A stretch of DNA of 64,000 nt. It comes from Treponema sp. (GTDB lineage: Bacteria; Spirochaetota; Spirochaetia; Treponematales; Treponemataceae). Below the pieces are notes generated by a model. It worked only from the letters and a program-made list of their open reading frames with translations, had not been told where the DNA came from and made no database searches. The position numbers were made by a program, and so were the translations under genes. Of the stretch, positions 28,110 through 40,211 are shown in pieces. How positions within the stretch are numbered: position 1 is the stretch's first letter; each line of letters begins with the position of its first letter. The stretch is taken from NCBI GenBank assembly GCA_045616325.1, contig JAZLGN010000039.1:11596-75595 (forward strand), given 5' to 3'.

Positions 28110-28748
28110 ATGGAAAAGAAAGTCTATTCAATCGATGGTAAAGAACTCAGAACAATCAATCTTGATGACAAAGTTTTCGGACTTGATATTAATGAACCAG
28201 TTATCTATTATGCCATCACTAACGAATTAGCAAATAAACGCGTTGGTACAGCATGTACAAAGACTCGCGCAGAAGTTCATGGTTCAAATGCAAAGCCTTA
28301 CAAGCAGAAGGGAACAGGTAATGCACGTCGTGGTGACAAGAAGTCTCCAGTAATGGTAGGTGGAGGTACAATCTTTGGACCAAAGCCACGCGACTACAGC
28401 TACTCAATTCCAAAGGCAGAAAAGCGTCTTGCAATGAAGACTATCCTCTCTCTCAGAGCTCAGAGCGATATTCTTACAGTTGTTGAAGATTTCACTGTTG
28501 AAAGTGGAAAGACAAAGGATCTCGTAAAGATTCTCAACAACTTTGCAAAGGACACACGCACAGTTATTCTTCTTAAGGATGATGATGCAAAGATTAAGCT
28601 TGCAGGAAGAAACATTCCAAACCTTTCATTCCTGTCATACAATCGTCTTCGTGCACACGATCTTTTCTACGCTAGAAAGATCATCATGCTTGAAAGCGCA
28701 GCAAAGAACCTTTCTGAATTCTACGGAAATGAAAAGGAGGCTAAATAA
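28110..28748 (+). CDS. rplD: 50S ribosomal protein L4
   Basis: TKTRAEV, KQKGTGNARRG, GGGTIFGPKPRDY. Confidence 0.99.
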   Translation: MEKKVYSIDGKELRTINLDDKVFGLDINEPVIYYAITNELANKRVGTACTKTRAEVHGSNAKPYKQKGTGNARRGDKKSPVMVGGGTIFGPKPRDYSYSIPKAEKRLAMKTILSLRAQSDILTVVEDFTVESGKTKDLVKILNNFAKDTRTVILLKDDDAKIKLAGRNIPNLSFLSYNRLRAHDLFYARKIIMLESAAKNLSEFYGNEKEAK

Positions 28749-29032
28749 TGACATTCGAAGATGTACTTATTAGACCAGTTCTTTCTGAAAAGGCAACAGC
28801 ACTTCGCGAGCAGAATAAATACACATTTATCGTAGCTCCAGCTGCAACAAAGATTCAGATTAAAGAAGCAGTTCGCAAGCTTTTTAACGTTAAAGTTGAA
28901 GACTGTACAACACTCAATGTACAGGGAAAGGTAAAGAGACTTCGTGGAAAGCCTGGTAGAACAGCCAGCTACAAGAAAGCAATCGTAAAGCTTGCACCTG
29001 GCGAAACAATTAAGGTATTCGAAGGTGTTTAA
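28748..29032 (+). CDS. rplW: 50S ribosomal protein L23
   Basis: RPVLSEKA, ATKIQIKEAV, YKKAIVKL. Confidence 0.99.
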   Translation: MTFEDVLIRPVLSEKATALREQNKYTFIVAPAATKIQIKEAVRKLFNVKVEDCTTLNVQGKVKRLRGKPGRTASYKKAIVKLAPGETIKVFEGV

Positions 29033-29060
29033 TCCTTCGGATAAGAAATAGGGGAAACAT

Positions 29061-29885
29061 ATGGCTCTTAAGATATTTAAGCCTTATTCAAAAGGTACTC
29101 GTGGTCGTGTAGACTTAGTACGTACTGAATTGACAGCCGACAAGCCCGAAAAAAGCCTTACAAGCGGACGCAAATCAAATGGCGGTCGCGGACAGGGTGG
29201 ACGTATTTCTGTACGTCACCAGGGTGGCGGTCACAAGAGAAAGTACCGTGAAATTGACTTCAGACGTGATAAGCACGGTATTCCTGGAACAGTTAAGACA
29301 ATTGAATACGATCCATTCCGCAGTGCAGACATCGCTCTCATTGCTTATGCAGATGGTGAAAAGCGTTATATCATCGCTCCAAAGACACTTTCTGTAGGTC
29401 AGAAGATTATGTCTGGTGAAAATGCAGCTCCAACAGTTGGAAATGCACTTCCACTTTCTGTAATTCCAGTAGGTTTTACTGTTCATAACATTGAACTTAC
29501 ACTTGGTCGTGGTGGTCAGCTTGTTCGCTCTGCAGGTACTGGTGCCCTCGTAGCCGGTAAGGACGGAGAATACGTAACAATTAAGCTTCCATCAGGCGAA
29601 CTTCGCCGTGTAAACGGAAAGTGCTACGCAACAATCGGTATTGTTGGTAACGAAGATCGCATGAATACAAAGCTTGGAAAAGCAGGTCGCAACAGATGGC
29701 GTGGTGTTCGTCCAACAGTTCGTGGTATGGCCATGAACCCAGTAGATCATCCGCTTGGTGGTGGTGAAGGTGCAGGAAAAGGACATCTTCCTGTTACTCC
29801 TTGGGGACAGCCTTGTCGTGGATACAAGACACGCAACAAGCGCAAGACTTCAAGTCGCTTCATTATCAGCCGTCGCAAGAAGTAG
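29061..29885 (+). CDS. rplB: 50S ribosomal protein L2
   Basis: [39 protein letters not shown]. Confidence 0.99.
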   Translation: MALKIFKPYSKGTRGRVDLVRTELTADKPEKSLTSGRKSNGGRGQGGRISVRHQGGGHKRKYREIDFRRDKHGIPGTVKTIEYDPFRSADIALIAYADGEKRYIIAPKTLSVGQKIMSGENAAPTVGNALPLSVIPVGFTVHNIELTLGRGGQLVRSAGTGALVAGKDGEYVTIKLPSGELRRVNGKCYATIGIVGNEDRMNTKLGKAGRNRWRGVRPTVRGMAMNPVDHPLGGGEGAGKGHLPVTPWGQPCRGYKTRNKRKTSSRFIISRRKK

Positions 29886-29899
29886 GATAGGAGTTAATC

Positions 29900-30181
29900 G
29901 TGTCAAGATCAGTTAAGAAAGGACCTTTTGTAGAAAAATCACTCTACAAGAAGGTTTTGGAAATGAACAAATCATCAGCAGCTGATAAGAAAATGATTAA
30001 AACTTATTCTCGCTGTTCGACAATTATTCCTGAAATGGTTGGAAACACTATTTCAGTTCACAATGGAAAGTCATGGATTCCTGTTTATGTTACAGAAAAC
30101 CTCGTAGGCCACAAGCTTGGAGAATTTGCTGCAACAAGAACATTCAAGGGTCACAGTGGCGACAAAGCTGCAAATAAATAA
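29900..30181 (+). CDS. rpsS: 30S ribosomal protein S19
   Basis: [25 protein letters not shown]; GTG start. Confidence 0.99.
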   Translation: MSRSVKKGPFVEKSLYKKVLEMNKSSAADKKMIKTYSRCSTIIPEMVGNTISVHNGKSWIPVYVTENLVGHKLGEFAATRTFKGHSGDKAANK

Positions 30182-30195
30182 GGGAGTGTGACATT

Positions 30196-30552
30196 ATGGC
30201 AGAAATTAAAGGCTATGTAGCCACAACAAAATTCCTTATTGCATCACCTACTAAAGTTCGTCCTGTAGCTAATGTAATCAAGGCAATGCCTTGCACAAAG
30301 GCACTTGCAACTCTTGAAGTAATGCCACAGAAGGGTGCAAAGCTTATCAATGGTACACTTAAGTCAGCCATTGCTAATGCACTTAACAAGAATAAAGAAC
30401 TCGACGAAGATATGCTCTACGTTAAAGAGATCCGCATCGATGAAGGTCCAAGACTCAAGAGAGTTTGGTTCCGTGGTCGTGGACGTGCAGATCAGCTTCT
30501 TAAGCGCATGTGCCATATTACTGTTGTAGTTGATGAAAAGGCGGGAAAATAA
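30196..30552 (+). CDS. rplV: 50S ribosomal protein L22
   Basis: [32 protein letters not shown]. Confidence 0.99.
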   Translation: MAEIKGYVATTKFLIASPTKVRPVANVIKAMPCTKALATLEVMPQKGAKLINGTLKSAIANALNKNKELDEDMLYVKEIRIDEGPRLKRVWFRGRGRADQLLKRMCHITVVVDEKAGK

Positions 30553-30553
30553 G

Positions 30554-31297
30554 ATGGGTCAGAAAGTTAATCCTATTGGTTTACGTCTTGGTGTAAACAA
30601 AACATGGCAGTCAAGATGGTATGCAGATTACCGTGATTATGCAGATCTTTTCCTTGAAGATATGAAAATCCGTCAGTTGGTTGGAAGTCTTCCAGAATGC
30701 AAGAATGCAGATATCGCAGAAATTGAAATTGTACGTCACCCACAGCGTGTTACAATCGTAATTCACACAGCACGTCCTGGTGTTATCATCGGTGTTAAGG
30801 GTGCAACAATTGAAAAGATCAGTGCAGACATCCAGAAGCAGCTTACAAAGAAAGTTGTAATTAAGATCAAGGAAATCAAGCGTCCTGAAATCAATGCTTC
30901 TCTCATCGCACAGAACGTTGGTCGTCAGCTTGCTGGCCGCGGTTCTTTCCGCAAGGCTCTCAAGCAGTCTGCTTCTAACGCAATGAAGGGCGGAGCTCAG
31001 GGTATCAAGATTCGTATTTCTGGTCGTATCGGTGGTGCTGATATGACACGTTCAGAAGAAATCAAGGAAGGACGTGTTCCACTTCATACTCTCCGTGCAG
31101 ACATTGACTACGGTACATTTGAAGCTCTTACAACTTATGGTAAGATCGGTATCAAAGTTTGGGTGTACAATGGCATGAACTATGGTCACGAACAGAAAGA
31201 AGATGCAGGTGATATCGTTAAGAGACCTCGCCGCTCAAATGACCGCAGATCATCTCGTGCTCCAAAAGCAGAGGGAGGAAAAGTAGAAAATGCTTAG
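30554..31297 (+). CDS. rpsC: 30S ribosomal protein S3
   Basis: [34 protein letters not shown]. Confidence 0.99.
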   Translation: MGQKVNPIGLRLGVNKTWQSRWYADYRDYADLFLEDMKIRQLVGSLPECKNADIAEIEIVRHPQRVTIVIHTARPGVIIGVKGATIEKISADIQKQLTKKVVIKIKEIKRPEINASLIAQNVGRQLAGRGSFRKALKQSASNAMKGGAQGIKIRISGRIGGADMTRSEEIKEGRVPLHTLRADIDYGTFEALTTYGKIGIKVWVYNGMNYGHEQKEDAGDIVKRPRRSNDRRSSRAPKAEGGKVENA

Positions 31298-31706
31298 TCC
31301 TAAAAGAGTTGCACACCGCAAAGTACAGCGCGGTCGTCCAAAGGGAAATGCAACACGCGACAATTATGTAGACTTTGGTGAAGTTGCTCTCGTAGCAATG
31401 GAACCAGTTTGGCTCAGTGCAAAGCACATTGAAGCTGCTCGTGTTGCCATCAACCGTTGTATTAACCGCCAGGGTCAGATGTGGACACGTGTGTTCCCTG
31501 ATAAGCCTGTTTCAAAGAAGCCTGCTGATACTCGCATGGGTAAGGGTAAGGGCGCTCCTGAATTCTGGGCTGCAGTTATCAAACCTGGTATGATCTTGTT
31601 TGAAGTAGGTGGAGTTGACAAGAAACTAGCCGAAAAGGCAATGGGACTTGCAGCTAGCAAACTTCCAATTAAAACAAAAGTGGCATTCCGCCCAACTATA
31701 GACTAG
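31290..31706 (+). CDS. rplP: 50S ribosomal protein L16
   Basis: MLSPKR, IEAARVA, FPDKPV, RMGKGKG. Confidence 0.99.
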   Translation: MLSPKRVAHRKVQRGRPKGNATRDNYVDFGEVALVAMEPVWLSAKHIEAARVAINRCINRQGQMWTRVFPDKPVSKKPADTRMGKGKGAPEFWAAVIKPGMILFEVGGVDKKLAEKAMGLAASKLPIKTKVAFRPTID

Positions 31707-31716
31707 GAGTAAGAAA

Positions 31717-31959
31717 ATGGCAAAAAACAAGAAGAATGACTTGAAAAACCTTTCTTATGACGAAATGGTTGCAAAGCTGAATGAACTTAAAAAGCAGTAT
31801 ATGGACCTTCGCTTTCAGAGCGTTTTGGGACATGTAGAAAATCCAATGCAGAAACGTGCAATTCGCCGCGACATCGCTCGCTTGAACACGTTTATTCACC
31901 AGCAGGATCTTGAAAAATTCAGAGCTGCTGCCGCTGAATCAATTGCTGCAAAAAACTAG
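31717..31959 (+). CDS. rpmC: 50S ribosomal protein L29
   Basis: ELKKQYMDLRFQ, IRRDIARLNT; position between rplP and rpsQ. Confidence 0.97.
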   Translation: MAKNKKNDLKNLSYDEMVAKLNELKKQYMDLRFQSVLGHVENPMQKRAIRRDIARLNTFIHQQDLEKFRAAAAESIAAKN

Positions 31960-31969
31960 GAGCTGACCC

Positions 31970-32242
31970 GTGGAAGAACAGAATGTACAGACAAAAGGTA
32001 CAAAGCGTTCATTTGTAGGTATCGTCACTAGCGACAAGATGGACAAAACTATCGTTGTTTCTATCGACACAAAGAAGATGGACCGCCTTTATAAGAAATA
32101 TGTTACACGGACCAAGAAGTGCAAGGCTCACGATGAAAAGAACGAAGCTCACGAAGGAGACACAGTTCGCATTGTAGAGTGCAGTCCGATCAGCAAAGAC
32201 AAGTGCTGGCGTCTCGATGCAATCATCGAGAGAGCTAAATAA
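31970..32242 (+). CDS. rpsQ: 30S ribosomal protein S17
   Basis: SDKMDKTIVV, AHDE, GDTVRIVECSPISKDK. Confidence 0.99.
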   Translation: MEEQNVQTKGTKRSFVGIVTSDKMDKTIVVSIDTKKMDRLYKKYVTRTKKCKAHDEKNEAHEGDTVRIVECSPISKDKCWRLDAIIERAK

Positions 32243-32260
32243 GCGAGGAGTAAAAAGATT

Positions 32261-32629
32261 ATGCTTCAGATGCAGTCAAAATTGGTTGTTGCCGATAACT
32301 CCGGAGCTAAATTAGTTCAGTGCATTAAGGTATTGGGTGGATCACACCGCCGTTATGCAGGTATTGGTGACGTTGTTGTGGTAGCTGTTAAGGAAGCAAT
32401 TCCAACATCTACAATTAAGGAAGGATCGGTTCAGAAGGCAGTAATCGTACGCGTAGCAAAGGAATACCGCCGTCCTGATGGAACTTACATCCGCTTTGAT
32501 GATAATGCATGCGTAATCATCGATGCAGACAAGAACCCTAAGGGAAAACGTATTTTTGGACCAGTAGCTCGTGAGCTTCGTGATAAGGACTTTATGAAGA
32601 TCGTATCACTCGCTCCGGAAGTAATCTAA
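32261..32629 (+). CDS. rplN: 50S ribosomal protein L14
   Basis: [29 protein letters not shown]. Confidence 0.99.
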   Translation: MLQMQSKLVVADNSGAKLVQCIKVLGGSHRRYAGIGDVVVVAVKEAIPTSTIKEGSVQKAVIVRVAKEYRRPDGTYIRFDDNACVIIDADKNPKGKRIFGPVARELRDKDFMKIVSLAPEVI

Positions 32630-32639
32630 GAGGTTATCC

Positions 32640-32963
32640 ATGGAAAAGAAATACAGAATCCGTAGAGATGACAATGTTGAAGTTCTTGCTGGAAAGGACA
32701 AGGGAAAGCGTGGAACAATCGTTCGTGTATTCGAAAAGAATGGCAAGGGACGTGTAATTGTTTCTGGCTGCAACCTTGTAAAGAAGGCAATTAAGAGAAA
32801 GTCACAGCAGGATGCAGGCGGAATCGCTGAAGTAGAAGCACCTCTTGATATTTCGAATGTAGGGATCGTATGTAAAAAGTGCGGTCGTCCAGTAAGAATT
32901 GGAATTAAACTTGACGGTGACAAGAAAGTTCGCGTTTGCCGCAAGTGTGGAGAAACACTGTAA
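32640..32963 (+). CDS. rplX: 50S ribosomal protein L24 (with C-terminal CxxC-CxxC)
   Basis: KOW motif [21 protein letters not shown]...CRKC. Confidence 0.99.
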   Translation: MEKKYRIRRDDNVEVLAGKDKGKRGTIVRVFEKNGKGRVIVSGCNLVKKAIKRKSQQDAGGIAEVEAPLDISNVGIVCKKCGRPVRIGIKLDGDKKVRVCRKCGETL

Positions 32964-33514
32964 TGGAAAATTACGTACCACGGCTTAAGAAAGTCTATAA
33001 GGAAAAAATCGCTCCAGAGCTCTTTAAGGAACTTGGATACACATCTACAATGCAGATTCCAGCAATTAAGAAGATTGTTGTAAGCATGGGTGTTGGCGAA
33101 GCTCTCACGAATAAGAAACTTCTTGATGCTGCAGTTACAGATCTCACTCAGATTACCGGTCAGAAGGCTGTTAAAACAAGAGCTAAGAAAAGTATTGCAA
33201 ACTTCAAACTTCGTGAAGGCAATGAAGTAGGTGCTATGGTAACACTTCGTGGAAACATCATGTATGAATTCCTCGATCGTCTTATTAACGTAGCACTTCC
33301 TCGTGTTAAGGATTTCCGCGGAATCAAGTCAACAGGATTTGACGGACACGGAAACTTCTCTCTTGGTATTACTGAACAGATTATCTTCCCGGAAATCGAC
33401 TTTGATAAGATTGTTAAGATTGCCGGTATGAACATCAGTATTGTAACAAGCGCACGTACAGATAACGAAGCACGCGCACTTCTTACAAAGTTCAATATGC
33501 CTTTTAGAAAGTAA
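32963..33514 (+). CDS. rplE: 50S ribosomal protein L5
   Basis: [34 protein letters not shown]. Confidence 0.99.
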   Translation: MENYVPRLKKVYKEKIAPELFKELGYTSTMQIPAIKKIVVSMGVGEALTNKKLLDAAVTDLTQITGQKAVKTRAKKSIANFKLREGNEVGAMVTLRGNIMYEFLDRLINVALPRVKDFRGIKSTGFDGHGNFSLGITEQIIFPEIDFDKIVKIAGMNISIVTSARTDNEARALLTKFNMPFRK

Positions 33515-33524
33515 GGAATAGTTC

Positions 33525-33710
33525 ATGGCTAAGAAATCAATGATTATCAAAGCAAACCGTACACCTAAGTACAGCACACGCCGTTACAACAGATGTAAGA
33601 TTTGTGGTCGTCCACACGGATATTTGCGCAAGTTCAAGATTTGTCGTATCTGCTTCCGCAAATTGGCAAGTGAAGGCCTTCTTCCAGGCGTCACAAAATC
33701 ATCTTGGTAG
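33525..33710 (+). CDS. rpsN: 30S ribosomal protein S14 type Z (Zn-binding)
   Basis: [10 protein letters not shown]...ICRICFR...GVTKSSW; 61 aa. Confidence 0.99.
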   Translation: MAKKSMIIKANRTPKYSTRRYNRCKICGRPHGYLRKFKICRICFRKLASEGLLPGVTKSSW

Positions 33711-33728
33711 AGACAGGAGAATAGAAAT

Positions 33729-34130
33729 ATGGCAGCTTCAGACCCAATCGCAGACATGCTTGCAAAAGTTCAGAATGCAGCAAAAGCAGGTCATGAAAAT
33801 GTAGAAGTTCCTGCTTCTAAGATGAAAATGGAAATCGTGAAGATCCTTAAGAATGAAGGATACATCAAGAATTTCAAGAAAGTGCAGGACAAGAATACAC
33901 ACAGTGTAATTAAGATCGTATTGAAGTATGATGATAACAACAATTCTGTAATCCACGGAATGAAGAAGATCTCTACTCCAGGTCGTCGTGTATATTCGGG
34001 ATACAAGGAATTACCACGCGTTTATAACGGATATGGTACATTGATCGTTTCAACATCAAGCGGTGTTACAACTGGCAAGAAGGCATCTGAAAAGATGGTT
34101 GGCGGCGAGTTGATCTGCACAGTATGGTAA
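33729..34130 (+). CDS. rpsH: 30S ribosomal protein S8
   Basis: [34 protein letters not shown]. Confidence 0.99.
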   Translation: MAASDPIADMLAKVQNAAKAGHENVEVPASKMKMEIVKILKNEGYIKNFKKVQDKNTHSVIKIVLKYDDNNNSVIHGMKKISTPGRRVYSGYKELPRVYNGYGTLIVSTSSGVTTGKKASEKMVGGELICTVW

Positions 34131-34142
34131 TAGGGGGAAAGT

Positions 34143-34697
34143 ATGGCATCTAAGATCGGAAAACTTCCTGTTGCTATTCCTGCAGGAGTAACTGTAACTG
34201 TTGCTGATGGCGTTGTAACTGTAAAGGGACCTAAGGGTGAACTTAAGCAGGATTACAATGACCTCGTAACTGTTGAAGTAAAGGGAGCAGAAGTAATTGT
34301 AAATCCTGCTCCAAAGACAAAGGCTGAAACAAAGGCTGCAAGTGCAGCACACGGCCTTTATCGTAACCTTATCAACAACATGGTTATCGGTGTTACAAAG
34401 GGATATTCAAAGACTTTGGTTCTTACAGGTACTGGTTATGGTGCTGAACCAAACGGTAACAAGATTGTTATGAAGCTTGGATATTCTAATGAGTTCATTG
34501 TAATGATTCCTGAAGGACTTTCTGTTGAAAAGTCAAAGGACGGAAAGATTACAATCTCTGGTATCGATAAGCAGAAGGTTGGCGAATTCAGCGCACAGGT
34601 TCGTAAATTGAGAGGCCCAGAACCATATAAGGGTAAGGGTATTCGCTATGACGACGAAGTTATCAGACGTAAAGTCGGAAAAACTGGTGTAAAATAA
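34143..34697 (+). CDS. rplF: 50S ribosomal protein L6
   Basis: SKIGKLPV, VKGPKG, RGPEPYKGKGIRY. Confidence 0.99.
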   Translation: MASKIGKLPVAIPAGVTVTVADGVVTVKGPKGELKQDYNDLVTVEVKGAEVIVNPAPKTKAETKAASAAHGLYRNLINNMVIGVTKGYSKTLVLTGTGYGAEPNGNKIVMKLGYSNEFIVMIPEGLSVEKSKDGKITISGIDKQKVGEFSAQVRKLRGPEPYKGKGIRYDDEVIRRKVGKTGVK

Positions 34698-34708
34698 GGT
34701 GATTTGAA

Positions 34709-35071
34709 ATGGTTAGAAAACTTACTGATAAACAGAGAAAACGCCTGCACAGAAAGATTCACATTCGTAAGTCAGTTTACGGAACTGCAGAACGCCCTCG
34801 CTTGACAGTGTTCAAGTCAGGACGCAACCTTTATGCACAGGTTATCAACGATGATGAAGGCAAGACTCTTGCTGCCATCTCGACTTTGGAAAAAGATTTT
34901 ATTGCACTTAAGGCTAATGTTGAAAGTGCAACAAAACTTGGTGAAGCTTTGGGTTCACGCCTTAAGGAAAAGAATATTACTACTGTAGTATTCGACCGCA
35001 ATGGTTATCTTTATCATGGTGTTGTTAAGGCCCTTGCTGACGCTACCCGCGCTGCCGGGATTGTATTCTAG
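34709..35071 (+). CDS. rplR: 50S ribosomal protein L18
   Basis: [26 protein letters not shown]. Confidence 0.99.
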   Translation: MVRKLTDKQRKRLHRKIHIRKSVYGTAERPRLTVFKSGRNLYAQVINDDEGKTLAAISTLEKDFIALKANVESATKLGEALGSRLKEKNITTVVFDRNGYLYHGVVKALADATRAAGIVF

Positions 35072-35079
35072 GAGAGGCT

Positions 35080-35592
35080 ATGGAACACCAGAAAAATTTT
35101 GATAGAAAGCCTGCTGAAGAATTCGTAGAAAAGCTTGTTAAGCTTAACCGCACTGCAAAGACTGTAAAAGGTGGACGCAGGATGTCTTTCTCTGCACTTA
35201 CTGTTGTAGGTGACAGAAAGGGACGCATCGGTTTCGGATTTGGAAAGGCCAATGATGTTACTGAAGCAATCAGAAAGAGTCTTGACAAGGCTAAGTCTAG
35301 CCTTATCACTCTTCCAATGAAGAACGGTACTATCCCTCACGACATGATCGGAAAGTACAAGAGCTCAGAAGTTCTTCTTAAGCCTGCATGTCCTGGTACT
35401 GGTATTATCGCTGGTGGTGCAGTTCGTGCAGTTATGGATGCAGCTGGTATCACAGATGTTATCTCTAAGTCACAGGGTTCACGCACAGCAGTTAACGTTG
35501 TACGTGCTACATTTGATGCAGCAATGCAGCTTATGGATGCTAAGGCTGTTGCTCAGGCTCGTGGTAAGTCAATCAACGATTTGTGGGGTTAA
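35080..35592 (+). CDS. rpsE: 30S ribosomal protein S5
   Basis: [23 protein letters not shown]. Confidence 0.99.
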   Translation: MEHQKNFDRKPAEEFVEKLVKLNRTAKTVKGGRRMSFSALTVVGDRKGRIGFGFGKANDVTEAIRKSLDKAKSSLITLPMKNGTIPHDMIGKYKSSEVLLKPACPGTGIIAGGAVRAVMDAAGITDVISKSQGSRTAVNVVRATFDAAMQLMDAKAVAQARGKSINDLWG

Positions 35593-35594
35593 TT

Positions 35595-35774
35595 ATGGCA
35601 AAGATTCGTATTACTCTCGTAAAAAGCGTTATTGGACAGAAGCCTGCTAAGAGAGCAACTGTAAAGGCTCTTGGTCTTGGTAAGATCAGTTCATCTGTAG
35701 AAAAGGAAGCAAACGACTCTATCAAGGGAATGGTTGCTTCTATTGCACACCTTGTAAAAGTAGAGGAGATCTAA
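35595..35774 (+). CDS. rpmD: 50S ribosomal protein L30
   Basis: [28 protein letters not shown]. Confidence 0.98.
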   Translation: MAKIRITLVKSVIGQKPAKRATVKALGLGKISSSVEKEANDSIKGMVASIAHLVKVEEI

Positions 35775-35775
35775 A

Positions 35776-36258
35776 ATGGCAGAAATGAACGAATTTGAAT
35801 TGCATGCTCCTCGTGGTGCAAACAAGAATCCTAAGCGTGTTGGTCGTGGTTCTTCTTCTGGTCTCGGTTCAACAGCCGGTAAGGGTAACAAGGGTCAGCA
35901 GTCACGCTCAGGTTCAGCTGTACCATACGTAGGATTCGAAGGTGGACAGATGCCTCTTTTCAGGCGCATCGCTCGCCGCGGATTCTCTAACGCTCGCTTC
36001 ATGAAGGATTTCGCTGTTGTAAATCTTTGTGATCTCGAAGCTAAGTTTGCAGATGGGGAAACAGTAAACGCTGAATCTCTCAAGGCAAAGGGCCTCGTAG
36101 GAAAGGTTGTAGACGGTGTTAAGATTCTTGGTGATGGTGACGTTACAAAGAAGCTCTCTGTAGAAGTTGCTAAGATTTCTGCTTCTGCAAAGGAAAAGAT
36201 TGAAAAAGCTGGCGGATCAGTAAAAATTATTGAAAAAACAGCTAAAGAAACAAAGTAA
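35776..36258 (+). CDS. rplO: 50S ribosomal protein L15
   Basis: RVGRGSSSG, GKGNKGQQSR, FEGGQMPL, SAKEKIEKAGG. Confidence 0.99.
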   Translation: MAEMNEFELHAPRGANKNPKRVGRGSSSGLGSTAGKGNKGQQSRSGSAVPYVGFEGGQMPLFRRIARRGFSNARFMKDFAVVNLCDLEAKFADGETVNAESLKAKGLVGKVVDGVKILGDGDVTKKLSVEVAKISASAKEKIEKAGGSVKIIEKTAKETK

Positions 36259-36274
36259 AAGTTGGAGTGACTAA

Positions 36275-37609
36275 ATGGCAAACAATCCAGTTGTAAATAT
36301 GTTCAAGGTAAAGGATTTGCGTTCAAAGCTTCTTTTTACGTTGCTCATTCTCGCTGTAGTTCGCTTCGGAAGTATTCTCACAATTCCGGGGATCAATGCC
36401 ACTTTACTTCTGCAGTACTTTGACAGTTTGGCTAGTGGTGCAGAAAGTGCGTTTGCCAGTTACATGGACTTTTTTGCGGGTGGAGCCTTTGAAAGATTCT
36501 CTGTATTCATGCTTGGTGTAATGCCATACATCTCAACACAGATTATCCTTCAGCTCGCCCTTGTTATCTTCCCGTCTTTGAAAAGAGTTGCTCAGGAAGA
36601 TGGAGGACAGCAGAAAATTCAGAGTTGGACAAGGGTTGGTACAATTTTTGTTTGTATCTTCCAGTCTATCGCTCTTACAGTTTATGCTTCCTCTATCAAC
36701 CAGCAGGTTCCGGGTGCGATAATCTTTGAAAATAAAGTCTATTTTAATCTTCTTGCCATCCTTACAGTAACAACAGGTTCCATGATTACTGTTTGGCTCG
36801 GTGACCAGATTACTGCTCACGGTATTGGACAGGGTATCTCAATGATCATCTTTGCCGGTATCGTCGCACGTCTTCCAAGTGCAGTATATGAATTGGTTAA
36901 AAGCGTTCAGAACGGAGACATCAACGTTGTATTCGTTGTTGTTGCATTGTTCCTGTTCCTTGTAATCATCGGTCTTGTTGTTTTTGAACAGTCTGGTGTT
37001 CGCAAGATTTCTGTACACTATGCAAAGCGCGTTGTAGGACGCAAAATGTATGGCGGACAGAGTACATACATTCCGTTCAAGATCAATCCGTCGGGAGTTA
37101 TTCCTATCATCTTTGCTTCAGCATTCCTTACATTCCCGCTCCAGATTGCAAACAGCCTTTCAACCAAGGCAACATGGTTAAGCAAGGTTGCTACCATTTT
37201 GAACCCACTTGGTTTTTGGTATAATTTCATTGAAGTTTTGTTGATTATTTTCTTTGCATACTTCTACACACAGGTAACCCTGAACCCCATTGAGATTGCA
37301 AAAAATATCCGTGAAAACGGCGGTTCCATTCCTGGAATCAGAACTGACAAAACTGAGGAATATCTTCAGAAGGTTTTGAACCGTCTGATCCTTCCTGGTT
37401 CATTGTATCTTGCAGCAATTGCTCTGCTGCCTACAATCATTCAGATTCTTTTCAAGTTCCCTGCATCAATTTCTATGTTGATGGGTGGTACTTCGCTCTT
37501 GATTCTGGTTGGTGTTGACATTGACACAATGTCTCAGGTTGAAGCTCTTCTTAAGATGCACCATCACGATGGTCTTACAAAGAAGGGATTAAAAACACGT
37601 GGTCTCTAA
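36275..37609 (+). CDS. secY: Preprotein translocase subunit SecY
   Basis: LGVMPYIS, WLGDQIT..GIGQG.S, IPFKINPSGVIPIIFA, GGSIPGIR, GGTSLLI. Confidence 0.99.
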   Translation: MANNPVVNMFKVKDLRSKLLFTLLILAVVRFGSILTIPGINATLLLQYFDSLASGAESAFASYMDFFAGGAFERFSVFMLGVMPYISTQIILQLALVIFPSLKRVAQEDGGQQKIQSWTRVGTIFVCIFQSIALTVYASSINQQVPGAIIFENKVYFNLLAILTVTTGSMITVWLGDQITAHGIGQGISMIIFAGIVARLPSAVYELVKSVQNGDINVVFVVVALFLFLVIIGLVVFEQSGVRKISVHYAKRVVGRKMYGGQSTYIPFKINPSGVIPIIFASAFLTFPLQIANSLSTKATWLSKVATILNPLGFWYNFIEVLLIIFFAYFYTQVTLNPIEIAKNIRENGGSIPGIRTDKTEEYLQKVLNRLILPGSLYLAAIALLPTIIQILFKFPASISMLMGGTSLLILVGVDIDTMSQVEALLKMHHHDGLTKKGLKTRGL

Positions 37610-37767
37610 AAGAGATTTCATGTTTGGACTAGATTAAATATTGAGAATTTGTTATAGTATTGCACCGTTGTTTTTTAACAGCGGTGTTGTCAGATTGTAA
37701 TTCATGGTGATAGTTTCACTTCGAATTGCCATGATCTGACAGTAACATGTTTTCCAAGGGGACTTTT

Positions 37768-37881
37768 ATGAAAGTACGAACTAGCGTAAAGCCCATCTGC
37801 GACAAATGTAAGGTAATCAAGAGAAACGGCATTGTCCGCATTATCTGTGAAAACCCAAAGCACAAGCAGAGACAGGGTTGA
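37768..37881 (+). CDS. rpmJ: 50S ribosomal protein L36 (Zn-binding)
   Basis: Translated by hand: [37 protein letters not shown]; too short for the ORF track. Confidence 0.98.
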   Translation: MKVRTSVKPICDKCKVIKRNGIVRIICENPKHKQRQG

Positions 37882-37891
37882 GGAGTAACTG

Positions 37892-38260
37892 ATGGCACGT
37901 ATTGCAGGAGTTGATCTCCCGAACAAGCATGTCAATATTGCATTGACATATGTATATGGAATTGGCCGCTCATCAGCAAACAAGATTTGTGAAGCTACAA
38001 AGGTAAATCCTGATGTTCTTTTGAACGAACTTTCAGAAGACGATCTTAACAAGCTCCGCAAGTACATTGATGAAAACTTTAAGACTGAAGGACGTCTCCG
38101 TTCAGAAATCGGTCTTAATATCAAGCGCCTTATGGATATCGGTAGCTACCGTGGTCTTCGCCACCGCAAGGGACTTCCTTGCCGTGGACAGCGTACACGC
38201 ACTAATTCTCGCACACGCAAGGGTAAGAAGAAGACCGTTGCTAACAAGAAGAAGGCATAA
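37892..38260 (+). CDS. rpsM: 30S ribosomal protein S13
   Basis: [31 protein letters not shown]. Confidence 0.99.
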   Translation: MARIAGVDLPNKHVNIALTYVYGIGRSSANKICEATKVNPDVLLNELSEDDLNKLRKYIDENFKTEGRLRSEIGLNIKRLMDIGSYRGLRHRKGLPCRGQRTRTNSRTRKGKKKTVANKKKA

Positions 38261-38274
38261 GCGGGGGTTAATCG

Positions 38275-38661
38275 ATGGCAGTAACAACAAGTAAGAAGAG
38301 AAAAGAAAAAAAGAGTGTATTTGAAGGAAATGTCTACATTCAGGCAACTTTCAATAACACTATTGTTACAATCACTGATCTTAGAGGAAACGCAATTTCT
38401 TGGGCTTCTTCTGGTGGTCTTGGATTCCGCGGAGCAAAGAAATCTACTCCATTTGCAGCACAGTCTGTAGCAGAAACTGCAGTACAGCGCGCAGCAAGCT
38501 ATGGTCTTCGTGAAGTACACGTATTCGTAAAGGGACCTGGAATGGGACGTGAAAACGCCATCCGTATCCTTGGTACTCTTGGATTGAAGGTAAAGTCAAT
38601 TTCTGATGTTACACCAATTCCACACAACGGATGCCGCCCACGCAAGACACGCCGTATGTAG
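38275..38661 (+). CDS. rpsK: 30S ribosomal protein S11
   Basis: [29 protein letters not shown]. Confidence 0.99.
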   Translation: MAVTTSKKRKEKKSVFEGNVYIQATFNNTIVTITDLRGNAISWASSGGLGFRGAKKSTPFAAQSVAETAVQRAASYGLREVHVFVKGPGMGRENAIRILGTLGLKVKSISDVTPIPHNGCRPRKTRRM

Positions 38662-38753
38662 TTTGAAAGCCGGCAGATTCTGCTGGTTTTGATTAACAGA
38701 AAAGCCCGGATAGCTGCATGTCATCTTTCCGGGTAACAATTAAGGAGTTCAGA

Positions 38754-39800
38754 TTGGCTCGCAAAAATCTGCTTAAGGGTTTTAAACAACCAAAGGGAAT
38801 TACATTTGAACACATCGAAAACAATCCGAATTACGGAAAGTTTACAGCATTTCCTTTTGAACCTGGATTTGGTACAACGGTAGGTAACACACTTCGCCGC
38901 GTACTCCTTTCTTCGATTCAAGGTTATGCCATTTCTTCAGTTCGTATTAGCTCATACGATGCTGATGGTGTTCCACATGTTATTTCCAGTGAATTTGAAA
39001 CAATCCCGAATATCTCTGAAGATACTCTGGAAGTTTTGAACAGCTTGAAACAGATTCGCTTGCGTCTGCCGCGGGATGTTGAACAGGACAGTTTCACTTT
39101 CGAATTTAAGGGACCTGGAACTGTAAAAAGTGACGATCTTGCAAAAGAAGGTCAGCTTGAAATCATGACTAAGGGTCTTGAGATCTTTACAATGATGGAA
39201 GGTGCTCATCTGGAAATCGAATTCCAGGTTGACCTTGGAAGAGGATACGTTTCTGCAGATGTAAATGAACACTACATTGAAATTGTTGGTACAATTGCAA
39301 TGGACTGTATCTTTACTCCTGTACCAAAGGTTAAATATTCTATTGAACCTTGTCGCGTAGGTCAGCGCAATGATTATGACAAATTGATTCTTGAGATTTG
39401 GACGGACGGTTCCATCACTCCGGAAGATGCTCTTGCTGAAGCAGCAAAAATTGCAAAGGATTATTTTGCAATCTTCGTTAACTTCAATGAAAGCGATTAT
39501 CCTACGACAGTAGGACCGGATGAAGGCGACGAAAAAGTTAAGGAATTCCTTAAGCGTCCAGTTGAAGAACTTGAACTTACAGTTCGCAGTTCTAACTGTC
39601 TTAAGAATGCAAACATTAAGAATATCGGTGAATTGACAAGAAAGACCGAAGATGAACTTACAAAAACAAGAAACTTCGGTAAAAAGAGCCTTGAAGAAAT
39701 CAAGACAAAACTTGCAGATCTTGGCTTGGCACTTGGCATGACTGATTTTAGTCACTTAAAAGACGTTTATTTAGGTAAACAGAAGGACACAGAAGAATGA
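38754..39800 (+). CDS. rpoA: RNA polymerase alpha subunit
   Basis: [48 protein letters not shown]; TTG start after the AAGGAG SD. Confidence 0.98.
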   Translation: MARKNLLKGFKQPKGITFEHIENNPNYGKFTAFPFEPGFGTTVGNTLRRVLLSSIQGYAISSVRISSYDADGVPHVISSEFETIPNISEDTLEVLNSLKQIRLRLPRDVEQDSFTFEFKGPGTVKSDDLAKEGQLEIMTKGLEIFTMMEGAHLEIEFQVDLGRGYVSADVNEHYIEIVGTIAMDCIFTPVPKVKYSIEPCRVGQRNDYDKLILEIWTDGSITPEDALAEAAKIAKDYFAIFVNFNESDYPTTVGPDEGDEKVKEFLKRPVEELELTVRSSNCLKNANIKNIGELTRKTEDELTKTRNFGKKSLEEIKTKLADLGLALGMTDFSHLKDVYLGKQKDTEE

Positions 39801-40195
39801 ACCACAAAACTGGATTTAATCCGCTTTCACGTACAACAGCACACCGCCGTGCAATGTCACGCAACATGGTAACTTCTCTCTTCAGATATGAAAGAATTAC
39901 TACAACAGAACCAAAGGCTAAAGAAGTACGTAAAGCTGCAGAAAAATTGATTACACGTGCAAAGGTTGACAGTGTACACAACAGAAGAATTGCTGCAAAG
40001 TACATTTCTGATAACAAGATTCTGAAGAAGCTTTTCGAAGAAATCGGCCCTCGCATGAAGGATCGCAATGGCGGTTATACTCGCATTCTCAAGATGGGAT
40101 TCCGTCAGGGTGATGCAGCAGAAACTGTTATTTTCGAATTGGTAGACTACAAGTTACCAGAAGCTGAAGATTCAACTGAATCTAAAAAGGCTTAA
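39797..40195 (+). CDS. rplQ: 50S ribosomal protein L17
   Basis: [31 protein letters not shown]. Confidence 0.99.
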   Translation: MNHKTGFNPLSRTTAHRRAMSRNMVTSLFRYERITTTEPKAKEVRKAAEKLITRAKVDSVHNRRIAAKYISDNKILKKLFEEIGPRMKDRNGGYTRILKMGFRQGDAAETVIFELVDYKLPEAEDSTESKKA

Positions 40196-40211
40196 GCAAA
40201 AGGAGTAGGCA